In this document: positions 1 through 6,869 of the stretch, piece after piece
How the letters are laid out: each line of letters opens with the position of its first letter
Position numbering within the stretch: position 1 is the stretch's first letter
NCBI GenBank assembly: GCA_902785705.1
Contig: CACZZN010000011.1
Coordinates: 605 to 64,604 of the forward strand
Direction: 5' to 3'
Source: an uncultured Veillonellaceae bacterium
Lineage (GTDB): Bacteria > Bacillota > Negativicutes > Selenomonadales > Selenomonadaceae
Length of the DNA: 64,000 nucleotides
Program-made: the position numbers and the translations under genes
The notes under the pieces: generated by a model
Told to the model about the DNA's origin: nothing
The model's input: only the letters and a program-made list of their open reading frames with translations
Database searches by the model: none

Positions 1-226
1 TAAAGGGCGGTTTTTATTTTTTTCGTGCCGCCTGTTTGGCTATTTTGCGTTCAATGTCGATTTTCTCGTTCATCGTCTGCACCCAAGCATAGAAATCGCC
101 GATTGACAGCTCTAAAAAGTAGTCAATCGGCGATTTGCTGTACTTGGCAAGGCGGAGCGCGGATGTCCGTATTTTACGGATTACTCCGCACCGTAAAAAA
201 ACGTGATACCTTGAGTGCAGCCGCCA

Positions 227-436
227 TTAGCTGTACTCGCTTTCGCCCTGCGGTTCCGGAATCTCGATACCTTCTTCCAATGCCGCCTCTAACCAGCAAG
301 CCTTGGCATCCTCCAGCATATCCAGTATGCCCGCCTTTGTTTCCGATTGCGTGATACATCCCTTCAACTCGGGGATATAACCCACATAGCCGCCCTCCGT
401 GGCTGCCACAATGACCTCTTGATAGGGTAGAGCCAT
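227..436 (-). CDS. hicB: HicB-like antitoxin (UPF0150 fold); no intact HicA partner visible
   Basis: 69-aa ORF. GGYVGYIPELKGC motif followed by a helical acidic C-terminus, as in HicB-family antitoxins. Assigned from family memory only. Confidence 0.55.
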   Translation of the reverse strand: MALPYQEVIVAATEGGYVGYIPELKGCITQSETKAGILDMLEDAKACWLEAALEEGIEIPEPQGESEYS

Positions 437-610
437 ATAATACTATCGTCTTTTTTTCCACCACAAGTACGCCCCCTTCATTTATTTTATGCGTTTGGTT
501 GCGGTTTCCCGCCACCTTCTGCTTAGTCCTCATCCATAACCTCGATGACCTGTTTCACATATTCCTCTTTGACATATGGCTCGTGCTTAGGTACTGTGAT
601 ACTGCAGACG

Positions 611-2379
611 TTTCTAAACCGCCTATGCGGCGGATAACTGTGTCCCCTTCTTTTGGTATCACGACCTGCATTTCTAAACCGCCTATGCGGCGGATAACAT
701 CCTCCTATTGGCTGGGCTGCCTCAGACTTATTTCTAAACCGCCTATGCGGCGGATAACCAATCAAATCAATGCGGCGAATATGCCGTACTTTTCTAAACC
801 ACCTATGCGGCGGATAACGGCAGCATATTTATTGGCGTTCGCCTGTGCTTTTTCTAAACCGCCTATGCGGCGGATAACCTGGGCGTATGCACGATATGCG
901 GAAAAGCCATTTTCTAAACCGCCTATGCGGCGGATAACATCGCGCCTTACGCCGTTTCGGTCAACGATGTTTTCTAAACCGCCTATGCGGCGGATAACAA
1001 GCATCGCTTTCCCATCGGCGATGGCAGACTTTTCTAAACCGCCTATGCGGCGGATAACAGGGGTAGGAGATTGCCGGGTAATTCCAAGGTTTTCTAAACC
1101 GCCTATGCGGCGGATAACATTGGCCTGCTTGAGGCCGTCGATCTCCAGCTTTTCTAAACCGCCTATGCGGCGGATAACCGTATCTTCACGGGCAGCCAAT
1201 CCGCCTGACATTTCTAAACCGCCTATGCGGCGGATAACCAGCTGTCCCATTGACCTTCGCATAGGTCTTATTTCTAAACCGCCTATGCGGCGGATAACTT
1301 GCGCCGCTGCTCCTGATTGCTCTCCCATGCTTTTCTAAACCGCCTATGCGGCGGATAACACCATTACTATCTCTGGGCTATGGAAGTAACATTTCTAAAC
1401 CGCCTATGCGGCGGATAACGGCTGATGCCGATGTCGTTCGGTCCTGCATATTTTCTAAACCGCCTATGCGGCGGATAACTTTTTCAGGCGCACGTTGCGG
1501 CTGCCGCCGTATTTCTAAACCGCCTATGCGGCGGATAACAACCATAGGATAGAGAATGGACAACACCGTATTTTCTAAACCGCCTATGCGGCGGATAACT
1601 CCGTCCTTTTTCTTTTCTCCCCTGCACGGCATTTCTAAACCGCCTATGCGGCGGATAACAAAGAGATGCTCGTTCTCACGGAATGCCCGAATTTCTAAAC
1701 CGCCTATGCGGCGGATAACGGATGCAATCAGCCTTTCCTGCCTTCGCGGTATTTCTAAACCGCCTATGCGGCGGATAACCTTCGGCAGGGCGGGAACGGA
1801 AGCAAGGAAATTTTCTAAACCGCCTATGCGGCGGATAACTTATGATTGCAGACGGAAACGGCGGCGCATATTTTCTAAACCGCCTATGCGGCGGATAACC
1901 TGTGTCTTTATCTGCTCATTGATACCGCCAATTTCTAAACCGCCTATGCGGCGGATAACGAGATGCTGCCGGGGACACGAGCGGCGGCTATTTTCTAAAC
2001 CGCCTATGCGGCGGATAACTACTTCGACAACGGTACGGTATGGCACACCACTTTCTAAACCGCCTATGCGGCGGATAACCTTCGCAGGCGTGAGATAACC
2101 GCCATGTTTGCTTTCTAAACCGCCTATGCGGCGGATAACCGTCATTTTACGCTTCTCCCTTATTTTACGAATTTCTAAACCGCCTATGCGGCGGATAACA
2201 GGCGGCGGCTCCTGCACCTGCGACGAAGGGATTTCTAAACCGCCTATGCGGCGGATAACCAGCCGCAGGATTCACGCGCATGATAGAAGTTTTTCTAAAC
2301 CGCCTATGCGGCGGATAACATTTGAAAGGAGTAATGACAAATGTCTCTTATTTTCTAAACCGCCTATGCGGCGGATAAC
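611..2379 (-). CRISPR. Type I-F CRISPR array, 30 repeats / 29 spacers
   Basis: 28-nt repeat TTTCTAAACCGCCTATGCGGCGGATAAC on the + strand, which is GTTATCCGCCGCATAGGCGGTTTAGAAA on the - strand. This fits the I-F consensus: CCGCC/GGCGG stem and TTAGAAA 3' handle. Repeat starts are 611, 671 ... 1271, then 1332 ... 2352. Spacers are 32 nt except one of 33 nt (1299-1331). One variant repeat at 791-818. Confidence 0.97.
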
Positions 2380-2508
2380 TGTGATGGAAACAGCACTTCT
2401 TCATAGGGAGAAGCTTGCCCCAAGCTTTTGATTGTTTTTACCCAAAAATTTCGATGATCATGGGAGAGCTTGATTTTTCTGCATGGAAAGAGTCGGTTGG
2501 TTTTTTGG
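2380..2508 (-). promoter_or_regulatory. CRISPR leader (cas6f stop to first repeat)
   Basis: 129-bp non-coding stretch upstream of the array in the repeat-defined transcription direction. Contains the perfect palindrome AAGCTTGCCCCAAGCTT (2411-2427). Promoter not pinpointed. Confidence 0.5.
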
Positions 2509-3144
2509 TCAAAATTCTGGTACCGTGGAGATATCGCTTAAGCCGTAGGATCCGAAAGCGTTCTCTATATTTTTCTCTCGGAAGTCCTTTTTTATAAATA
2601 AGCGAAATGGATTTTTGTTGGTTAAGCTTTTCAACTGGATGTAAGGAACATTTTTATCAAATTCTCGCGCGGGAAACAGGGCAAGCGCTTCTTCATAGGA
2701 TATGTTGTGGCGCTTGGCATATCTTCTGGCCTTTTGTTCCGCACTACTCTTTTGATGAAATCGTCTGTAATTGGCATATCCCTTGAGTACGGAGGGGATT
2801 GGGCGGATCGATGTGATATGGACGTAATCCGCCAGTCGAGCGAGACGATCCCTGACAGCAAATTCTTGTAGTGAGGATTCTTCCATTGCGAATAAGCGAA
2901 GTCGATAACCAAATGCACAGGTGGGCAAGCCTTTGGACTTCTCTGCTGACAACGGTTTACGGCAATTGTTTTTTCCGGCGGAGAGTTCTTGATAGTCGGG
3001 AAAAGAAATCCCGATAGGGACATGTCCATGTTCGTCCTGATGGGATGCAAAGCCAAGATGAAGTTGCTGGTATACCTTCGACCAGATGAAATAAGCCGGT
3101 ACTTCTGCGCAGGGGAGGATGGTCAGTTCCTGATAGTATTTCAT
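2509..3144 (-). CDS. cas6f: Cas6f (Csy4) crRNA endoribonuclease
   Basis: 211 aa from ATG 3144, with an AAGGAGT SD just upstream. The 265-aa ORF-track version overlaps cas7f and is too long. MKYYQELTILP...IGISFPDY...FRLFIKK...GSYGLS..VPEF is collinear with remembered Csy4 features. Confidence 0.85.
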   Translation of the reverse strand: MKYYQELTILPCAEVPAYFIWSKVYQQLHLGFASHQDEHGHVPIGISFPDYQELSAGKNNCRKPLSAEKSKGLPTCAFGYRLRLFAMEESSLQEFAVRDRLARLADYVHITSIRPIPSVLKGYANYRRFHQKSSAEQKARRYAKRHNISYEEALALFPAREFDKNVPYIQLKSLTNKNPFRLFIKKDFREKNIENAFGSYGLSDISTVPEF

Positions 3145-3148
3145 AACA

Positions 3149-4180
3149 TTACTCCTTGCTGCTCTGGCCGAAAACGCCGCCGCGAACCAGAACCGCCATG
3201 ACATAATGTTCCTCATTCTCGTTTGCAAGAGATTCTCCCAATGCATAGCGGTCAAACAGGGAATAAAAATCCACTTTGTCTTTTGGATTGCGGAACGCTT
3301 TGCCAAGGTTAGTCACAGCTCCGTAGGGTTCAATGGCAATTGGGCCGATGCCGCTGGCTGTCTCGTACTCTGGGTACCAGGTATCAATAGTGCGGATGGC
3401 ATTGTTCAATTTCTGGGAGTGCATGGCGGCAATTTCATTGACTTGATACAGCACCTTGCTCTTGTCCCCACGCCCTTTGTCGAAGACCAGTTCCTCACTG
3501 GGATAGACCTCCTGCCCTTCACCCAATAAGGCATAGGTTTCGATATCTAATAACAGATAACGTTTTCGTCCACTAAGGGCGGATGCGATTCGACTGGCCA
3601 GTTCTTCTGTTTTTTCATTTTTTTCAAAGTCTTTCAAGGAAAATTCATAAGCATTAAAAACCCATGATTTTTTTTCCTGTTCATTGCTGACATCTGTGAT
3701 TCTGACCTCAATTTTTTCCGCACCCAGTCGATTTCGCCATAGATATCTGGCATTGGCAAGGTTTATCGCATAGCGCCGCCCCAATTCGTGGAACTGTGTT
3801 CTTTCTATATATCGTTTAGCGATTTCCGTATACTTCTGGCTGAATCCGGCATGATTGCAAGCAGAAGGAGTTTCGACACCACTCAATACTTTGAGGGAGA
3901 ATTTCAGTTTCAGGGTGTTGTGGTTCATGGATAGGGCACAAGCGTCAACAAGTTGTAGATTCGGTTTTTCAACTTCGGCATTCAATTTGGCGGGATCGTT
4001 TTTTACCGTATCTTTCAGGCGATTGGAAATCGTGCCACGTACAGACTTTTCCACTAATTTCAGTGGTTCTGCCGGTTCATCTCTGTTCTCCCATGTAGTT
4101 CCATACATATAGCCGTCGGATGCAACTAATTTTTTTTCGAATGCCAATACAGATGCTATGCCAGTTTCTTTCTTTGCCAT
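3149..4180 (-). CDS. cas7f: Cas7f (Csy3) Cascade backbone subunit
   Basis: 343 aa. SVLAFEKKL, EKSVRGTISNRLK, NLANARYLWRNRLGAE, HSQKLNNAIRTIDTWYP, GPIAIEPYGAVT and VRGGVFG blocks are near-collinear with P. aeruginosa Csy3 as remembered. Confidence 0.9.
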   Translation of the reverse strand: MAKKETGIASVLAFEKKLVASDGYMYGTTWENRDEPAEPLKLVEKSVRGTISNRLKDTVKNDPAKLNAEVEKPNLQLVDACALSMNHNTLKLKFSLKVLSGVETPSACNHAGFSQKYTEIAKRYIERTQFHELGRRYAINLANARYLWRNRLGAEKIEVRITDVSNEQEKKSWVFNAYEFSLKDFEKNEKTEELASRIASALSGRKRYLLLDIETYALLGEGQEVYPSEELVFDKGRGDKSKVLYQVNEIAAMHSQKLNNAIRTIDTWYPEYETASGIGPIAIEPYGAVTNLGKAFRNPKDKVDFYSLFDRYALGESLANENEEHYVMAVLVRGGVFGQSSKE

Positions 4181-4192
4181 AATAAAACCTCC

Positions 4193-5104
4193 TCAATGCT
4201 GTTTGGTATTCCATTGATTGCTGTTTTTGCACAGATAGAGTCCAAGTTGGGGAATTGTCTGATAGTTCCACATGATCTCTTCCAAGTCACGGAAGTGGAA
4301 GGGCATTTTAAATTCGCATATCGTGACCACGGATTCCGCAAAATGATGTTCGTAGTCGTAGGAGCGTTGGTGTCGTACCCGCATCGGCCCTGAGATGTCT
4401 TTGAACCCCACGGCCAGCGGAATGAGCCAACCCGGTTGCTGTTTCTGCGGACTCCATTGGGGGATAGCATCTGCCCCTGTGTGTTCTTTCGGGGTAAATC
4501 TGACGGAAAGTACGTCCAACAACTGATCCAAGGTATCTTTTCCCTCCGGCAAAGGCTCTTTCAGAAGGTCGCTGCGGTCAATAATGACGTATCCGGGCAT
4601 CAGACGGCGGACTGCATGGGCAATAGTCTGCGGTTCGTCTTCGTCTACGTACAATATCTGTAAGGTACTTATTTTTTCAATGTCGCCACCGGCAACTTTT
4701 AATTGGGGAAGAATTTCCCGGACCGCACCTAAAAACATATTATCGTTTTCTACGGCAAGATTGTTGAGTTCTATGAGCAGGGAAACGACCAGATGGCAGC
4801 GGGGTTCTTCAATAAAAGGGGGGCGTTCAAATTCTTTTCCCTTTTTTTTCAGAGGATTTGAGGTTCCGATGATCGAATACCTATAGTCATACACCCCTTT
4901 GTACACTTGAACATTGCAGTCATGACAAGAGACTGCAACCTTGCAGAGGTCGATTTCGGGGAAACCGTCGGCCTGGAGTTTTCGCTGCAAGGCGTGAACA
5001 AAGCCAAGCCAGGCCGTCATAGCAGGAAATCCGATGATATAGGAACCGGACAGGGCGTTGGCATTATGAACATGAAGTTTTGGTATCAGCAAGAAAGGCC
5101 TCAT
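4193..5104 (-). CDS. cas5f: Cas5f (Csy2)
   Basis: 303 aa. The N-terminus LLIPKLHVHNANALS...GFPAMTAWLGFVHALQRKL resembles Csy2. ATGA start/stop overlap with cas8f. Confidence 0.85.
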   Translation of the reverse strand: MRPFLLIPKLHVHNANALSGSYIIGFPAMTAWLGFVHALQRKLQADGFPEIDLCKVAVSCHDCNVQVYKGVYDYRYSIIGTSNPLKKKGKEFERPPFIEEPRCHLVVSLLIELNNLAVENDNMFLGAVREILPQLKVAGGDIEKISTLQILYVDEDEPQTIAHAVRRLMPGYVIIDRSDLLKEPLPEGKDTLDQLLDVLSVRFTPKEHTGADAIPQWSPQKQQPGWLIPLAVGFKDISGPMRVRHQRSYDYEHHFAESVVTICEFKMPFHFRDLEEIMWNYQTIPQLGLYLCKNSNQWNTKQH

Positions 5105-6267
5105 AATTGCACCTCCTTGGTGTCCAGCAGGATATCGTGGATTCTGTGGCGTAGGGCATTGAATTCCGCGTCGCCCAGGTCAAAGGCATCCTTTTTCAGG
5201 AGTTCCTGATAGGTGTGAAGCATCCATTCGGCAAACTCTCTTGAAATTTCTTTGCTCCATGTGTCATCGGATTGGCGCTCTTCCTCATAGAGACTGTCCA
5301 GCCAGATTTTTTGATGACGGGATATGCGGCAGGTTTCCGCATCGGACCATCCACTTTCCAAACTTCGGAGCCGAAATACGCGCATAAGGATCCGGTCGAT
5401 GATGGCATCCTCGGCATCTCTTGTATCCCGGCGGATGTCCTTGTTATTCCGCTGTACGCCATAAAGATAATGCAGGTTATAGAACAGGGAGGAATAGCGT
5501 TTGGTTCGCAGCGATTGGAAGAAATTCCGTTTGGGCGGAAGGATTTCCCGCCGGGGAAGGTGCGGAGGAAAGGCGGGGATTAGGTAGGCTCTGCCGCCAT
5601 TCATGTTATTGAGTGTAGATATATTCTGCGGCTTGGTCCCACCAAAACTGCTCTCACTCAGATCAAAAACCTTCCTGTAGGTCGTGAGATATTGATCGCT
5701 TTTTTTATCCTGGGATGCCCTTGCTTGCGCTTCCATGTTACGAAGCCGCTTCCTCAGCTCCAACATCAGGGAAGAAGCGGGAAGAACGGAGAGAAGATGG
5801 TATTGATTCTCTCCGATGGGGAAAAAGACTTGCCGGATTCGCTCATCCGTCGCATCCGGAATATAATCTTCCTTTACATTCAAAATATTATTACGAACCA
5901 CTGTATAGTCGATTTGCAACGAAGAGAGATCCTGACGAAGTTTTTCCGTATTTTCCTTGAAGTGGGAAAGAACCGTTTTTTTATCTTCCAGCTCCAGCAA
6001 AAGGAATCGGGAGATAGCGAGAAACGCAGCCGATGATACGGTGATATCTTTGGTGCAGGCAACCGCATCCGTGGTGATATATCCGTCGAGGGTGTCGTTC
6101 TTTACGCTATGGGATATCTTTACGTCTGCGGACGGATGGGAAAAGCGGCCAACATAGAAAGACGTCGTGCATTTTGAAGCATTCAGGGATGTTGCCATGA
6201 GCCATTCTTCTACATTTTTTCCTTTTTTGGCCGCCTCTTCGGTCATATAGGACATTATGATATTCAA
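5101..6267 (-). CDS. cas8f: Cas8f (Csy1) large subunit
   Basis: About 390-aa ORF in the canonical slot between cas2-3 and cas5f. No diagnostic motif recognised. Start chosen as TTG 6267, 7 nt after GGAGG (6279-6275). Alternatives: ATG 6256 or the ORF-track start 6291. Confidence 0.75.
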   Translation of the reverse strand: MNIIMSYMTEEAAKKGKNVEEWLMATSLNASKCTTSFYVGRFSHPSADVKISHSVKNDTLDGYITTDAVACTKDITVSSAAFLAISRFLLLELEDKKTVLSHFKENTEKLRQDLSSLQIDYTVVRNNILNVKEDYIPDATDERIRQVFFPIGENQYHLLSVLPASSLMLELRKRLRNMEAQARASQDKKSDQYLTTYRKVFDLSESSFGGTKPQNISTLNNMNGGRAYLIPAFPPHLPRREILPPKRNFFQSLRTKRYSSLFYNLHYLYGVQRNNKDIRRDTRDAEDAIIDRILMRVFRLRSLESGWSDAETCRISRHQKIWLDSLYEEERQSDDTWSKEISREFAEWMLHTYQELLKKDAFDLGDAEFNALRHRIHDILLDTKEVQL

Positions 6268-6301
6268 GGTTCTCCCTCCTTGAGACTGCAATCATATTTG
6301 C

Positions 6302-6485
6302 ACCTGAATCCGTGAAACTGGATGGATGTATGATGTACTTGCTATGTCCGCCCCCTTGGGGGCGGGGAACCATCGAAGATGGTGGTGGGGGTGACGATTT
6401 TGACACATTGCCCCCCACCACCGCCGATGGCGATCCCCCGCCCCCAAAGGGGGACGGACAGTGTTCGAGTTTCACGGATTCAGGT
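6302..6485. repeat. ~185-bp imperfect palindrome rich in G and C runs (predicted cas8f leader hairpin)
   Basis: Perfect 17-bp terminal arms: ACCTGAATCCGTGAAAC (6302-6318) and GTTTCACGGATTCAGGT (6469-6485). Inner arms: GTCCGCCCCCTTGGGGGCGGGGA vs TCCCCCGCCCCCAAAGGGGGACGGAC, and GGTGGTGGGGG (6381-6391) vs CCCCCCACCACC (6411-6422). Confidence 0.85.
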
Positions 6486-6492
6486 TGTATAT

Positions 6493-6521
6493 AAGATACC
6501 ACGATAGCAGAAAATAGTCAA
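6493..6521 (-). promoter_or_regulatory. Putative sigma70 promoter TTGACT-N14-TGG-TATCTT (extended -10) pointing into the palindrome and cas8f
   Basis: - strand TTGACT at 6521-6516, TGG at 6501-6499, TATCTT at 6498-6493. The predicted transcription start (~6486) coincides with the 5' base of the palindrome. Confidence 0.45.
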
Positions 6522-6523
6522 TA

Positions 6524-6544
6524 ATAATTTTTTTAATATCAAGG
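6524..6544 (-). promoter_or_regulatory. Predicted self-target of the mini-CRISPR guide (protospacer 6542->6524 plus CC PAM 6544-6543)
   Basis: - strand CC|TTGATATTAAAAAAATTAT is 17/19 identical to the psi-spacer. Mismatches are only at positions 12 and 18. The site lies 2 bp from the -35 TTGACT. Confidence 0.5.
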
Positions 6545-6546
6545 AT

Positions 6547-6621
6547 ATAATATGCCGCCTGTCCGGCGGCTAAAAAAATTTCTTTAATATCAATTTCTAA
6601 GCCGCCTGTTCGGCGGAGGTA
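6547..6621 (-). CRISPR. Degenerate single-spacer mini-CRISPR (psiR1 - 19-nt psi-spacer - psiR2), CreA/CreR-like
   Basis: psiR1 (6621->6594) TACCTCCGCCGAACAGGCGGCTTAGAAA is 21/28 identical to the array repeat. psiR2 (6574->6547) TTTAGCCGCCGGACAGGCGGCATATTAT is 19/28 identical. Both keep the CCGCC/GGCGG stem. The spacer is TTGATATTAAAGAAATTTT. Confidence 0.65.
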
Positions 6622-6627
6622 TTCTGC

Positions 6628-6656
6628 TTGCGACAAAAGAATTTTTGATGTATACT
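6628..6656 (+). promoter_or_regulatory. Putative promoter TTGCGA-17-TATACT for the + strand small RNA
   Basis: TTGCGA 6628-6633, 17-nt spacer, TATACT 6651-6656. Confidence 0.45.
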
Positions 6657-6662
6657 GATAGC

Positions 6663-6759
6663 AAAGAGGGGTGCCGCCTAGCGGTTTCGCCCTCAGATGG
6701 GATATCCTTAGATTACCCGCCTTCTAAGCTAGCAACTAGGAAAGGCGGGTTACTTTTTT
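6663..6759 (+). ncRNA. Candidate ~95-nt small RNA convergent with, and overlapping the 3' end of, the peptide gene
   Basis: Bounded by the promoter above and an intrinsic terminator: ACCCGCCTT (6715-6723) / AAGGCGGGT (6742-6750) followed by TACTTTTTT. Has an internal GAGGG...CCCUC hairpin. No plausible SD plus start codon. Confidence 0.4.
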
Positions 6760-6815
6760 ATCGTCATGAGGATCAACAAAATCAACAGCAAAGCCATGAT
6801 CAGGTTATCATCCAT
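6750..6815 (-). CDS. 21-aa hydrophobic peptide MDDNLIMALLLILLILMTIKK (type I toxin-like)
   Basis: ATG 6815 lies 7 nt after the strong SD AAAGGAGGG. Stop TAA 6752-6750. Single predicted TM helix with a KK tail. The SD can pair in a GCCCUC/GAGGGC hairpin (6843-6822). Too short for the ORF track. Confidence 0.45.
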   Translation of the reverse strand: MDDNLIMALLLILLILMTIKK

Positions 6816-6869
6816 AGGCGAGCCCTCCTTTCGCAGTGAGGGCAAGCTCCGCCGAACGGCACCATGGAT

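Noticed and set aside
93-135. Perfect 14-bp inverted repeat AATCGCCGATTGAC/GTCAATCGGCGATT
   Set aside because: It is real in the sequence, but it has no flanking U-tract, gene or second copy in the window to give it a role. It is mentioned only as part of the island-edge debris.
174-226. Possible HicA toxin downstream of hicB
   Set aside because: The only coupled ORF is 17 codons (MAAALKVSRFFTVRSNP) with none of the HicA dsRBD-like features. I treat it as a remnant.
499-2431. Several long ORFs on both strands across the CRISPR array (499-1338, 762-1328, 1556-2098 and others) with periodic SKPPMRRIT / VIRRIGGLE segments
   Set aside because: The periodic peptide motif is simply the 28-nt repeat translated every 60 nt. 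These are array artefacts, not genes.
6107-6502. ORFs through the palindrome: 6312-6494 (+, 60 aa, Pro/Gly-rich), 6107-6502 (-, 131 aa), and a 38-codon - strand ORF starting at the apical-loop AUG
   Set aside because: None has an adequate SD. The Pro/Gly runs on both strands are a by-product of the C/G-run inverted repeats. The 131-aa ORF overlaps cas8f out of frame. I treat the region as an RNA or DNA structure. The apical-loop ORF cannot be fully excluded.
6645-6839. 64-aa + strand ORF across the small-RNA / peptide region
   Set aside because: It has a TTG start inside the -10 region of the predicted promoter, no SD, and it reads straight through an intrinsic terminator. The promoter/terminator-bounded non-coding RNA and the opposite-strand 21-aa ORF explain the sequence better.
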